DNA from: Octopus sinensis
Taxonomy: Eukaryota
Direction of reading: 5' to 3'
Assembly: GCF_006345805.1 (NCBI RefSeq)
Contig: NC_042998.1
Span: 24,118,001-24,182,000, forward strand
DNA: 64,000 nt
In this document: in pieces, positions 36,346-50,756 of the stretch
How positions within the stretch are numbered: the stretch's first letter is position 1
Layout of the letters: each line of letters opens with the position of its first letter
Translations under genes and position numbers: made by a program
Notes under the pieces: model-generated
What the model saw: only the letters and a program-made list of their open reading frames with translations
Databases searched by the model: none
What the model was told of the DNA's origin: nothing

Positions 36346-36719
36346 AACCTATGTTTGTTTACATATGCGCAATTTGCAATTTTACAAATTTACAGTTTAT
36401 TAACTCACTCTCAGATTTTCAGTTTTAATTTCAATTCCAACAGAAAACATTCTTCATACTTTTTTCCTCGTTATGACAAAATGCACAGATCTTTTGTTTT
36501 TTTCTTGTTCACTTTCTACCCGCTTCTCTTAGCCAGAAGCTTTTCTCTGGTCCCTGTGCTATTTATTCTAAATAACTGATCACTTATACTGCACTATCCT
36601 ATCTGATGAGCAAAAGACTGAAATTCAGATAACCAGATGTGAGGTGTCAGCTTCTACAATAGAAAAAAAAAATGACTCCCTGCTTTGTTATTGAATAGTG
36701 TTTTGCCCATTGTGTCTGT

Positions 36720-37260
<541 letters not shown>

Positions 37261-37943
37261 TATGCCTGTATGTATATAGCTAAGGATTAAAAATAATACA
37301 ATATTTATTCAGTTTCCTTTAATGTACAAGACAGTGTATGTTTACTAGATCTATACTTTATCATCCTTAAAAAAATTTCTGCATCAATTTCTTATCTTCC
37401 TATAGAAAATTATAAGAAGCTTAAAAAATGTTTCCAGGAGCTTTGTGGCTCACAATAAAACACAGTTATGAAGTAAAAAGATTTAAAACTTTTAATGATA
37501 GTATTATAACTTCAATATCTCCATGCATCACTGTACTGAAATGACTTTGTGTACCTGTTTGTGGAAAAAGTTTAGACATCACTGTGGCAAGAAAAGAGAT
37601 TAAATCTTCTGGTGGTGCACATTAACAGAGGAGATAACAAAAAGAAAATTGAAAGAGAAAAACAGGAAAAATTTGTCATCTTACTGAAAATGTTTAACAG
37701 AAAAGAACAAAGACTTACAAAAGAAGCAAAAATAAAGTTGGATTGCTTTATACTATTCAGATGCGTTGTGTAATTTCTAACAATCAATAATGTAGCTACA
37801 GATATTGCTGGCTAAGTAGACTCCTGGTAGAATGGTCAGTGGTTCATGTCTTGTTTGGTAGACAGACAATTCATGGATAGACAGTTGGCCGACAGACAAC
37901 TTACAGACAGGACAATTCTGTGGTATGTTGCAAAGCCCTATAA

Positions 37944-38172
37944 GGCAGCAAGCTGGCAGAAACGTTAGCACGCCAGGCGAAATGCTTAGCGGTATTTCAT
38001 CTGCTGTTACGTTCTGAGTTCAAATTCCGCTGAGGTCGACTTTGCCTTTCATCCTTCCAGGGTCGATAAATTAAGTACCAGTTATGCACTGGGGTCGATA
38101 TAATCAACTTAATCCGTCTGTCTGTCCTTGTTTGTCTCCTCTGTGTTTAGCCTTGTGGGTAGTAAAGAAATA
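37944..38172 (+). mobile_element. SINE family M with ~18-bp TSD starting GGTAT
   Basis: ggtatgttgcaaagccct (37922-37939) versus ggtatgatgcaaagtcct (38173-38190). Confidence 0.85.
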
Positions 38173-39074
38173 GGTATGATGCAAAGTCCTGCTGCAAGAC
38201 ATAGGGTGTTCCAGCAGCTACCTTTTTGACCCAGGGCAGCAGAACCTCTTCCAGACACTTGATGCTGGCCTCCTTGATGAGGCCATGTGGGAATTGTCTA
38301 TTGGCGAATTGTCTATCAGCAAATTGTCTGCACACGGTCTCATTTGCAGTGTTTTAACAGTGTCCCATGTTAATAAAGCAAACAAGAAATACAAGTTCTC
38401 TTGGTTTGGACTGTCCAGTTTTGGACTGTTCAGACACTGTGAAGAAGAAAGTTCACATTGTATGTGTATTAGATGTCGTGCATAAAAAAGATGCACTTGA
38501 CAGAGACGAATAAACTATATTTGATGGTAGATAAGATGCCCTTTTTTACTAAATAAGTGCCTGAAAAATCAACCCAAGTCCTACATATGAAGTTGGACCT
38601 CCCGTAAGATTTAACCCTTTAACATTTAGATTACTCTGCCAAATGTACTATATGTTCATTCACATTACTTTTAATTAAGCATTCATTAAACTGTAGCTTT
38701 GAGATTTCACTGATGTAATTGTTTATGTTATGAATGACATTGTAGGGTAGGTGTAAGAGGCCACATCTAGTTTGTTAGAATATAAAACAAGTAGAAAATT
38801 TGGGGTTGAATGTGGCTGATTTAAATGTTAAAGGGGTTATTGCACTATAAATCGTTATTCCCGAATAATGCACTGCTGAAACTGAGGTGCATCTAATTTA
38901 CATGTGTGTCTTTTAAACCCCCATATATGCTAATTCACATTCTGTGAGCATTAGATGCATGGTATGAAGATGCTGCACTTTGTAAAGATGAATATAAATC
39001 ACATTCTTTGAATATTAGATGCAGTGGATAAACTGATATGCATTTCATTAGAGTGCTGCATTGCATTCTAATAT

Positions 39075-39776
39075 TTATTTCTTTATTGCTTACAGGGGGC
39101 TAAACATAGAGGGGACAAACAAGGAGAGACAAAGTGATTAAGCCGAAAACATCGACCCCAGTGCATAACTGGTTATTAATTAATCAGCCCCAAAAGGATC
39201 AAAGGCAAAGTCGGGCAAAGTCGACCTCGGCAGAATTTGAACTCAGAACACAATGGCAGACGAAATACTGCTAAGCATTTTGCCTGGTGTACTAACATTT
39301 CTTATTTCTTTATTGCCCACAAGGGGCTAAACATAGAGGGGATAAATAAGGAGAGACAAAGTGATCAAGTTGATAACATCGACCCTTGTGTGTAACTGGT
39401 ACTTAATTAATCGACCCCGAAAGGATGAAAGGCAAAGTTGACCTCAGCAGAATTAGAACTCAGAATGTAACGGCAGACAAAATACCGCTAAGCATTTCGC
39501 CTGGTGTGCTAACGTCTGTGCCAGCTCACTGCTTTCGGATTAGAAAATGTTTATTTCTTTATTGCCCACAGGGGGATAAACATAGAGGGGGACAAACAAG
39601 GACAGACAAATGGATTAAGTCGATAACATCGACCACAGTGTATAACTGGTACTTATTTAATCAACCCCGAAAGGATGAAAAGCAAAGTCAACCTCGGTGG
39701 AATTTGAACTCAGAATGTAATGGCAGACGAAATACCACTAAGCACTTTGCCCAGTGTACTAACATTTCTGCCAGGA
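39075..39776 (-). mobile_element. Cluster of three head-to-tail SINE family M copies
   Basis: Three diverged copies, at about 39075-39297, 39298-39530 and 39550-39776. Confidence 0.85.
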
Positions 39777-39879
39777 ATGAGTGAAGCTGTAGTTTACACA
39801 GTTCTGTTTGGCATTGAGCAAACTTGCAGAGCATGAGAGAAAGTCTTGGAAGGAAATACACAAGGAGTGTAAAAAGCAC

Positions 39880-40255
39880 TTATTCTGGTTCCATATAAAA
39901 AAAAAGCATCTGTGCTGGTATCATAGAAATAACAAAAAAAGCACCCAATACACTTTGTAAAGGGATTGACATTAGGAAGGGCAGCCAGCCACGGGAAGCT
40001 GACTAAAACAGACAACTGGTGCCTGGTGCAGCTCTCTGGCTTTTCATTTCCTGTCAAACTGTTCAGCGCATGCCAGCATGGGAAATGGATGTTAAATGAT
40101 GACGATGATGATGACGGTGACGACGACGATGATGATGATGATGATGATGATGTTGATGATGATGATGGCGATGATGATGATGATGATGATAATGATGGTG
40201 GTGACGCCGCCGCCGATGATGACAATGATGATGATGATGATGATGATGATGTATC
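39880..40255 (+). mobile_element. SINE-like repeat family R, diverged, with long (GAT)n tail
   Basis: cattaggaagggcagccagcc...catgccagcatgggaaatggatgttaaatgatgac. Confidence 0.75.
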
Positions 40256-41255
40256 ATGGGTGAGGACAAATAACCATTAGATTTGTACGAACACTGAGGG
40301 ATGGAATCTAAGTTGGAAACCATAAGAATGCATCATTCCAGAAGCAATGGGATATTTTAGTTCGTTAATGCTTAGAAAAAGAAAGGAAAAAAAAACAACA
40401 ACTCCCGTGCACTCTGATACCGTCTGTTAATAGTTATTAACAAAAAAAAATATCAAAAAAAATTTTATTAGAAATGTTAAAAAAAAAAAAACCATGAATA
40501 ATTTGAAGGAAACATTAAGAAATAGGAGTGTAATATTCTATTCAGCTGTATAATTCCAAGCTATTAATGGTTTATCTAATACTTTCTTGGATCAGTTAGT
40601 TTATTGAAAATGTCTGCTACACATATTCTTCTGCGAAATGATTAATCATATTTTTATGGAATGAAAGATTCATTCATATGTGTGGGTGTATTTAGAGTAA
40701 CAGAGAAGAATTTAAAGAAATATTAACTGTTAGCATTTCAATGATATTTCTTGAAATATCTCTATTTTTCTCTTTCTCTTTTGATGCTGTGAATATATAG
40801 ATAGTTTTTTTTTTTTTTTTTTTTGTCTTCTTTACTGTCTTAGATATTATATTATTGACAGTCCTGAAATATTTGGCACTTAGTGAATTTTTATATAGTT
40901 TCTTTAATTCCGAAGAAATTGTTGTTGAAATATAAAGCAGGGGGAAAAAAAAATAGCAAATTTCGATTTGGTTTAATTGTATTGGTTCTGAGGCATTTTA
41001 AGATGATCAGAATATTATGCATGCATGTATGTATGTATGTATGTGTGTATGTATGTATGTATGTATGTAGGGATGTATGTATGTATGAATGTATGTATGT
41101 ATGTATGTATGTATGCATGCATGTATATATATGTATGTATTTATGTATGTATGTGTGTGAGTGTGTGTATGTGTGTGAGTGTATGTATGTACGTATGTGA
41201 GTGTGTGTATGTGTGTGAGTGTGTGTATGCACGTGTATGTGTGTGTGTGTGTGCA

Positions 41256-41697
41256 CTTTTACTCTTTTACTTGTTTCAGTCATTTGACTGTGGCCATGCT
41301 GGAGCACCGCCTTTAGTCGAGCAAATTGATCCCAGGACTTATTCTTTGTAAGCCTAGTACTTATTCTATCAGTTTCTTTTGCTGAACCGCTAAGTTATGG
41401 GGGTGTAAACACACCAGCATCAGTTGTCAAGCGATGTTGGGAGGGACAAACACAGTCACACAAACATACACACACACACATACACACACACAAACACACA
41501 CACACACACACATATATTCATATATGAATATATATATGCATATATATAACAGGCTTCTTTCAGTTTCTGTCTACCAAATCCACTCACAAGGCTTTGGTCA
41601 GCCCGAGGCTATAGTAAAAGACACTTGGCCAAGGTGTCATGCAGTGGGACTGAACCCGGAACCATATGGTTGGTAAGCAAGTTACTTGCCACACAGC
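41256..41697 (-). mobile_element. SINE family C
   Basis: Near full-length match to 24745-25158. Confidence 0.88.
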
Positions 41698-41699
41698 AT

Positions 41700-42350
41700 G
41701 TACTTTTTGGTTGTGGAAGGTGCACAGGCATAATGAATGCTAAAAATGTACAGAAAATAGATTCCATCGCATGCCTGCAGGAAAAGCTAGAAGTAGGTGA
41801 TAGCTTCTGTCACCTAGGTGACCAAATCAGTAGCGGGGGGAAAGGAATGCTCTGAGGGCATAGTTGCTAGGATAAGAATAGGCAGGGCAAAGTTCAGAGT
41901 GCTCCTACCTCTGCTGGTAACAAAGGGATGCTTGCTCAGAGTGGAAGGCAGACTGTGTGATGCCTGTGTGTGAACAGCCATGCTACATGTCAGTGAAACA
42001 TGGGCTGTGGCTGCTGAGGACATGCATAGGGTTGTAAGAAATGGAGATGGTATGCTCCACTGGATGTGTAATATCAGTGTGCATGCACAACAAAATGTAA
42101 CCATCCTGAGAGAAAAGTTGGACATAAGTAGCATCAGATGTGGTGTGCAAGAGAGACGACTGTGCTGGTATGGTCAGGTGTTGCATATGGATGACGACAG
42201 CTGTGTGAAAAAGTGTCACACACTGTAACAGTGGAAGGAACCTGTGGAAGAGGTAGATCCAAGAAGACATAGGGCCAGCTTGTGAAGCATGATCTTCGAA
42301 TGTTGGGCTTCACAGAGGCAATGACAAGTGACCAAGACCTTTGGATTTAG
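41700..42350 (+). mobile_element. Degraded RTE-clade LINE 3' region
   Basis: CGRCTG...LEVGDSFCHLGDQIS...LLPLLVTKG...MLHVSETWAV...RRLCWYGQVL...GRGRSKKT motifs, with stops. Confidence 0.8.
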
Positions 42351-42759
42351 TGCCACTGCCTAGCAACTTGGGCAAGAATCTTCTACTATAGCCCTGAACC
42401 AAAAGAAATCTTACGAGTGGATTTGGGACACAGAAACTGAAAGAAGCCTATTGTCTTCCATGTGTTTGTGTCTTCTTGTTCTAATGTTATGTGACAATTC
42501 TTATTAAGCATCTCTGTCACAGAAGAAGGTTTGTTTATTTTCAGTGTTCTGTGAAAGCATGTTTGACCCTGGAGAAATATTCTGTTGCTTGGAAACAGGT
42601 GGAAGCTTGGTAGTAGGCCGGGCATCCAGTCGTAGGAAATATCTGCTTCAATGAATTCCATCTGACTTTTACAAGCATGGAAAAGTTGATGTTAAAATGA
42701 TGAAGGAAACAATGGCCTTGATGATGATGATGATGTTGTGTCCATACTCAAACATACAC

Positions 42760-42789
<30 letters not shown>

Positions 42790-42796
<7 letters not shown>

Positions 42797-43180
42797 AAAT
42801 CCATTCTGTCTGTCTGTGTGTGTGTCTTCTAGGCTTTCAGGCATCCTCCATCCACTTGCGTTCAAATTTGATATGTAGATACCGACGGTATCAGGGCGTC
42901 TATAAGTCTTGAAAAAAATTACAAAAATCAATTCCAGGTGAGAATGCGATCGATAAACCCGTGGGAACGTGCATTTGGAAAAATCGTTTTTCTTGGAATA
43001 GAAAAAAGTCTATCTTTATTTCTTCTTTTGCTGGTGTCTCAAATTTAGGTTAAATCAGTGTTTCTCAAAGGGGAGGCCTATGGGACGGTCGGACAAGTTG
43101 CTTTGAGAAAATTTGGCTTAGATGTTTGACAACTCAGCACCGTTCATCGGACGGTGGGTGGGTGGGCGTTTTGCTCATAT
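42790..43180. mobile_element. Possible non-autonomous Helitron/Helentron-like element
   Basis: tataaaatccattctgtctgtctgtg start, aaatttgatatgtag motif and subterminal hairpin caccgt/acggtg. CpG-retaining. Confidence 0.35.
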
Positions 43181-43295
43181 ATAATATATATATAATATAT
43201 CTTCATCTGTGTATGTTAATGCATGTGTGTATATGTATATATATGCATATACATCTGTGTGTGTGAGTATGTGTATGTGCTTGAGGATGTATATT

Positions 43296-43329
<34 letters not shown>

Positions 43330-44033
43330 TGTATGTATGTATGTATGTATGTATGTATCTGTTTGTCTGTCTATCTATTACTTGAAGAATCACTGCTCAG
43401 GTCTTAAACTGAGTCTTAAAGGATAATCTGTTAATCCATTTATCTTTACCAGACAGGTTAGCATTTCATAGAATGATTGATTTGCTCTTCATACTTCTAT
43501 CATCCAGAGATACCTACAGATATAATTACAGGTCCTGTTGTGTAAAATCCCAAGAGAGCCTTAATAATGGGTTTACCATTTTTAGCAGATAAAATTTTTG
43601 TCATAGCTATGGATACCATTTTGGGACTTTCCTGATCAGAGTGATGCAGTCGTTTTTGATTTGACTTAACGAGTACAAGATGAAAATTGCTAATCCCATT
43701 TGAGATATTGGAGAAACAGACACTGTCAAAAGGTTCCATAAAGCTTGGTAATTGGTAAGTTTGGCTGTTACGAGCAATGAAAAATGTCTTAAGTTTCAAG
43801 CATAGACGCTTTGAAATATTAGTAAAATAATGTAGGAGATGGTGAAAGGGAAGAAGAAGTGAATAGGTTAAAAGATGGAGACAAGGAGTAGATGAAGAAG
43901 TAGTGGAGTGAATGAGAGATGTAGTGCAGCGAAGTGGGCGTTAAGATGTGAGGAAGACCAGGAAGGAGGTAAATAGTGTGATAGGATGTGATGGGGAAAG
44001 TCTAATGGTGTAATCTGAATTGATCAACAAGAG

Positions 44034-44072
<39 letters not shown>

Positions 44073-44159
44073 TACACTCAAAGAATTGTGATCAAGTAAT
44101 GCAAAGAATGGCAAAGTGGAGATTCATTAGTGGTGTGGGATATATATATATATATATCC

Positions 44160-44347
44160 TGTGCCGGCGGCACGTAAAAAGCACCCACTACACTCACGGA
44201 GTGGTTGGCATTAGGAAGGGCATCCAGCCGTAGAAACATTGCCAGATCAGACTGGGCCTGGTGCAGCCTTCTGGCTTCCCAGACCCCAGTTGAACCGTCC
44301 AACCCATGCTAGCATGGAAAGCAGACGCTAAATGATGATGATGATGA
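44160..44347 (+). mobile_element. SINE-like repeat family R
   Basis: gtgccggcggcacgtaaaaagc...cgctaaatgatgatg. Confidence 0.9.
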
Positions 44348-44362
44348 TATATATATATCTTC

Positions 44363-44440
<78 letters not shown>

Positions 44441-44589
44441 TATGTATGTGTGTATATATATGTATGTATGTATGTATGTGTATGTATGTATGTATGTATG
44501 TGTATGTATGTATGTATGTATGTATGTGTATGTATGTATGTATATGTATATATATATATATGTGTGTGTGTTGCTTTTATGTGCCACGG

Positions 44590-45065
44590 GTATGAGGGCC
44601 AGTGAGGCAGTACTGGGAGCGTGGCCATTGCCAGTACCGCCTGACTGACACTCATGCCAATGGTATGTAAAAGCGGTGAGCTGGCAGTCACGTTAGCACG
44701 CTGGGCAAAATCCTTAGCAGTATTTTGTCTGCTGTTACGTTGTGAGTTCAAATTCCGCCGAGGTCGACTTTGCCTTTCATCCTTTCGGGGTCGATAAATT
44801 AAGTACCAGTTACACACTGGGGTCGATGTAATCGACTTAATACCTATGTCTGTCCTTGTTTTTTCCCTCTGTGTTTAGCCCCTTGTGGGTAATAAAGAAA
44901 TAGGTATGTAAAAGCACCCACTACACTCTCATCCAGCTGTAGAAGCATTGCCAGATCGGATTGGAACCTGGTGCAACCTTCTGGCTTGCCAGTCCTCAGT
45001 CAAACCGTCCAACCCATGCCGGCATGGAAAGCAGACGTTAAACGACGACGACGACGATGATGATA
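44590..45065 (+). mobile_element. Family R element interrupted by a SINE M insertion (44672-44902)
   Basis: 13-bp TSD ggtatgtaaaagc at 44662-44674 and 44903-44915. Confidence 0.85.
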
Positions 45066-45659
45066 ATGTTGTGTACCATTTTCTATTGGTAAGGGTGAAT
45101 ATTTTTGCTTGAGTAGAAATTCTTTGAGTTCTGAGAGTTGTTTGCTTCTTGTTATCTGCAACATCAACCGTACTACAAATTTTCCTCTCTAAGCAAAACG
45201 GGGTGTTACATTTTGTTTGTGCAGCATGGTATGATTCAAAGTTCAGGTCCTAATGTGTATCTACGTCTTTATGATATATATCTATTTATGATACATATCT
45301 ACTTATGATATATATCTATGTCTTTATGATGTGATGTTGGTATTATTTTTGAATAGCATTATAACATGAAATGTGAATATCAGAGTTGGTTGAAAATTGT
45401 TCAAGAGGATGCTGAAATCTTCCAAAATATCTACAGATTTTGTATCTGCAGAGAAGATGTACCAAGCTTTCTGCTATTTATATATTGATATTCCATGATT
45501 CGCTGTATGTTTTCTTTTATCTCCATGTTTTGCTGCTGGTTTAGATGTTTCAATGAACTCAAATTTTCATCAGACATTTTGAATGTACATGTGCTGAGTG
45601 ACATTCTTCTAAATATGTTCTCAAGTACTTAACAATTCTATTTTACCTAAGCAAGCAGC

Positions 45660-45955
45660 AGGAGGTGCAATGGCCCAGTGGTTAGGGCAGTGGACTCGTG
45701 GTCGGTTTCGATTCCCAGACTGGGTGTTGTGTGTTTATTGTGCGAAAACACCTAAAGATCCATGAGGTTCCGGCAGGGGCTGGTGGTGACCCCTGTTGTA
45801 CTCTTTTGCCCCCAACTTTCTCTCACTCTCTCTTCCTGTTTCTTGAGTAACGCTGTGATGGACTGGCGTCCCGTCCAACTGGGGGGAACACATATGCCAC
45901 AGAAACTGGGAAACCAGGCCCATGAGCCTGGCTAGGCTTGAAAAGGGTGCATAAA
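45660..45955 (+). mobile_element. SINE family A variant
   Basis: ggtgcaatggcccagtggttaggg head; (AATA)n-like tail. Confidence 0.8.
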
Positions 45956-47329
45956 TAAATAAAGCAAGCAGCATACAATTATTTACCGTTACTAACTGAT
46001 GTTTCCATTGCTACTTCAACAAGTTTGGTGAAGTCTGTTCTTCCCTGATATGTGGCACTCCATTCTTTCTCTATTGGCAAGAAATCTTGAAATAAAACTA
46101 AATAATGACATACATACACACATACATACACACATACATACATACATACATACATACATACACACACACAGACAGACAGACAGACACACACACATGCATA
46201 CATGTATTTGATAGATTTTGTAAGAATTCCGATATACGAAGTACCATGTCTTTTGATGGACAATTCTCTTTCATATTCAATAAAGAAGTAATAAATACTC
46301 ATAATTGACATCAGCTGATTCAATTATGTTTCATTGTTACAATAAGAAGGCTTGCTGAGGGTCTTGCTATTTTCATTGTATAATATTCAATGATTCTTAC
46401 ATGTTCTGCGACAGACTAACGATATATTAATTTACTTTCATTATATTAACTTATATCATGGAGCTAGGTTATAAAGAATAAGCAGTGGGTTAAAAAACAA
46501 TTTTTGGTTATTAGTAGAGAATACCTTTTAGACTTTTACATCTTGAAGCAAATTTAAAGAAAGACAAGTCTGGAAGTTCTTAGCTCAGTTTATCGTTACT
46601 ATTCTTTATGATATTTTTTAATTACCTTAATTTCGATACTACTAACGAAGCTGCTATTTATTCACTTGGCTGAAACCCCTGTGATTCTTATCACAAAGTT
46701 TTCATAACAACAGTCAAATTTTTATCATATTGAAAAATAAAAAAGCGAAAGAAAAATATGAAGCGTGTTTTTTTATCCTCAAAACTGAATTCTGTTTTAA
46801 ATAATAATTAACTCCATCTTAAATAATGATAATTAACTTCAAATAAAATAATTAACAGATCAAATAAGAGAGATCCTATCTTATGCTAATACTATTTAAC
46901 ATTAAAAACTGTCTTGATCTAAATAGCAGATGGCTTTATCTATTACTTGCAGCTGGTATTAAATTACAAAGGAAATAGTTGCATGACGAATCAGAATTAT
47001 TGCTAAGTAAGAAGGGGAAAAAAAAGCTAACATCTAAGACCTTTTTATCTTCAAAGTATTGGTGTCAAAATCAGTTTCTAAATACTCACCACATTATTTG
47101 AAATTTAAAACAGCTAGTAAAATGGGATAAATCAAATGCTTACTTGAAGTGCTTTTGTGATTGATATTAAAAATAGAAGTGTAGCTCAGGTGAAACTCAC
47201 AAAGGAGTACAGTTCCAACAACTGTGAAAATACTGCTCCAACTACACATGGACATCCTAGAATGATTCCTCCCCACCAAAAAAAAAACCCCATTTAACTA
47301 ACATACATAAAATCACTCAGAAATGTGAC

Positions 47330-47590
47330 GTTTCCTCTCTCTGCCTTTTCCACTACTACAACAATGGCCTCTGCTTCTCAGAACTGGCCGATCTCATGAC
47401 ACACCCAGTACGCTTTACTCACTTGTCTCTTCTTCTGTTATCCATAGAGTGTTCCCTTGAAGCTCTACTCTATGACAGGGGGTCCTTCTTTCTTCCCCAG
47501 CACAACAGCTGCTGAAATTATACTCTCTGTGTGTGTTTTCCTGTAGCCATCAATTTGTAATACTTAAAGTGGAATATTGCCAGCACGAGT
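47330..47590 (+). mobile_element. Degraded 3' end of a CR1/Jockey-group LINE
   Basis: Translates as HYYNNGLCFSELADL...SFFPST, resembling typical LINE C-termini. Confidence 0.4.
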
Positions 47591-48199
47591 TTCGATAGTC
47601 TTGAGGATCTGTGACAGCCATGAGCATACCTACTTTCTTCAGATTTACTCAAAAATTAGATAGGTAAGTTTTTAAGGATCCTGCTAACCAAAGAATCTCT
47701 GGTTCATATTTTAAAACCAGCACAGGACTGTGTCTCCAAGTCTTTGTCTAACTAACTGAAAAATCACTATTCATTGCAATAAACACTGGAGCCATAGAAA
47801 AGAGAGAGGTTAGTATGCTGTAAGATTGAAATTATAAATTCAGGCTTGGGTTAATATTGGCACTTTATCAAATGCAATCTGTTAAAAATGTGTCATTAAA
47901 ATTTAGGAAAAACTCCAACATTATCTCTCTCTCTCTCTCTCACTCTCTCTCTGTCTGATACACACAACCACACACACATTCACACACATGTTCACACACA
48001 CAAATACACACCCATAAAATTGCAACAAAGTTAAACAAAACAATTAAGAATTAAGATATTTCTTTTCTTTCTAATGTACCGAATATTTGTGGAAATAATA
48101 CTTTCACCAAAATGTTTTTGTAACTGATTGTGAATTTCCGTCTAACCATACATGGCTAAGAACTTCTAATTAAGATCAATTTTGCAAGGAAATGTTCTG

Positions 48200-49250
48200 C
48201 TAGTCATAAAAATTCTATACTCTCTCAAACATATAGAAATGTTCTCCTTTGAATGTTATAAAATGTATTTATAACTGACCAATAAATTGAAATGGTTTTG
48301 TCAAGATATTGGAAATGTTCTTTGCAGAATATTAAACATTGTTTATGTGATGAAAGTTGCTACCAATAAATAACAATGTAGTTGGCATAAGAATATAGGA
48401 ATGCTGTTGTAAATTTCAGTTTATGGTTGGACTTTAAAAATAGGAAGAACTGGAGTAGACAAAATAAATTAGCTCATGCTCTATGTTGATCTATCCATGA
48501 AATTTCTGGAAAAATACCTTCAAAGTTTAGAAGAGTTTTGAAAGTTACAAATAAAGACATACCAATAAAGATATATTTATTGAGGAGATGACTGAAGACT
48601 TAGAATAAATGATTGTATTATATATTATGAAGTATTATGAACATTTTGGATTTGCATCTAAAAATAATCTGTGTTTATCTGCAATAATTGCAAGCCAATA
48701 AACTGTGAAATTTTCAAAGAGCATTTAATTCCATTTGATGCTTTTCTTTACTTCACAGAAATTCTGCACCTTTTTGTATAATTTCTAAGATGAAAATAAA
48801 TGTTATACAAGAATAAATGATGTATGAAAACCTTTTGTACATGTAAGTTCTTCTCTGAGGCACAATTCTTGCACTCTTTGATTCCAAGTAACCATTTTGG
48901 ATAATTACCAATATATCAGACTTAATGATTTGAGTAATATTTCTTTGGCACTACAATTGAAAATAGCAACTAATTTTCTCTCCTTTTAGAATCTCTAATC
49001 ATCTGTAAAGAGATATTTTTCATCTTATACTTTTGCTTCACACTCGAAAATTAGTTTTTCCAAGAACGCATAAATCAATACTTGCTATTAAAAGATGTCA
49101 TTTAAATTAAACTGGACAGTTTCATCTCTGACTAAGATTTCACATCTGGATATCTCATGCCGTTTCTTTGTTCTGCATAAATGACCATATTCTCATCCCA
49201 CAGACATAATGTCACCCATTAAAAGGATCATAGTATTTTAACTTGTTGCA
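48200..49250 (-). pseudogene. Very degraded LINE RT remnant
   Basis: Minus-strand fragments NFEGIFPEISWIDQH and YSYANYIVIYW weakly resemble the KFLG..DENLSWKDHI and YPYLNYCILIW motifs. Confidence 0.3.
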
Positions 49251-49432
49251 ACATGTAGAATAATAAAAAGAAAGGAAACCGCATAATAGATTCGTTTTAG
49301 ATTCTATGTTGATTGTATAGCTCAAAATCCTCTTCAGAGTAGTTAATACTGCAGGATATTAAAGCCATGTACTATAATCTTTTTGCTTTGTTTATCTTCG
49401 TTATCATTGCTTAATGGTATACTATAATTTAT

Positions 49433-49911
49433 GGCGGTGAGCTGGCAGAAATGTTAGCACGCCGGGCGAAATGCTTAGCGATATTTCGTCTGCCGCTATG
49501 TTCTGAGTTCAAATTCCGCCGAGGTCAACTTTGCCTTTCATCCTTTCGGGGTCGATAAATTAAGTACCAGTTACACACTGGGGTCGATATAATTGACTTA
49601 ATCCGTTTGTCTGTCCTTGTTTGTCCCCCCTGTGTGTAGCCCCTTGTGGGCAGTAAAGAAATAGGTATACTATAATTTATGGCGGTGAGCTGGCAGAAAC
49701 GTTAGCACGCTGGGCGAAATGCTTAGTGGTATTTTGTCTGCCACTACGTTCTGAGTTCAAATTCTGCTGAGATCGACTTTGCCTTTCATCCTTTCGGGGT
49801 TGATTAAATAAGTACCAGTTATGCACTGGGGTCAATATAATTGACTTAATTCGTTTGTCTGTCCTTGTTTGTCCTCTCTGTGTTTAGCCCCTTGTGGGTA
49901 GTAAAGAAATA
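49433..49911 (+). mobile_element. Tandem dimer of SINE M, arranged TSD-SINE-TSD-SINE-TSD
   Basis: ggtatactataatttat at 49416, 49664 and 49912 (period 248). Confidence 0.9.
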
Positions 49912-50756
49912 GGTATACTATAATTTATTTTAATCTTTTATCCGTTACTTGTTTCAGTCATTAGACTGTGGCCATACTGGGGCACCACCTTGAAGAATTT
50001 TAACCAAAAGAATTGACTCTGGTACTTATTTTACTTTAAGCGTGGTATTTAATCTAGCAGTCTCTTTTGCCAAACTGCTAAGTTATGGGGATGTAAATAC
50101 ACCGACACTGGTTGTCAAGCTGTGAGGAGTGGGGACAAACACATAGACATGTGAGTATGTGTGTGTGAGTGCACGAGCACACACACGCAAACACACACGC
50201 ACTGTTATGTGGCAATACTACACAGTGGCTATGTGAGCTACGAAATCCTCGTCACCACTATTATATCGCAATACTACACAGTGGCTGTGTGTTTTATGAA
50301 ATCCTCATCGCCACAGTTATGTTGCATGTTCGGATGACCGCTACTCAACTCGACTCTACTACTCTGTTCTAGTCTGAACTGACTGCTCCTCAACTGTGCT
50401 CTGATGACGTCTAGACTTTTCCCTCTATATCTGCATATTGGGCTAGCCTACTTCATTGTCTGGGGGCGTCTACACAACACACACACAGAACAATGGTCTT
50501 CCTAAGAACCAATATTGTCCATATTGTGATGTCTCAGCTAGGTTACTCACTGGATTAACATGCCATGCTGATGCTCGTATCCATTCTGCTTTTGGTGGCC
50601 TGAAAACTCACATGAGGAGTCGCCAGGTGAATAGAACAAATTGCAAACATCAGTGAACAGTAGTATTAGTAGCGTGAATGTGTTGCTGATTGTCTATTTA
50701 GTTGGGGTTTTTTTTCTGTTTTCTTAATAAACACTTATACATTGTCTTCCAATGGA

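Noticed and set aside
36598-36635. CTGATGA...GAAATTC possible hammerhead
   Set aside because: Stem II is unconvincing, and the best stem I (TATCT/AGATA) consumes the core nucleotides.
43500-43799. 99-aa minus-strand ORF in complex sequence
   Set aside because: No recognisable domain or clear splice context; possibly a decayed retroelement fragment.
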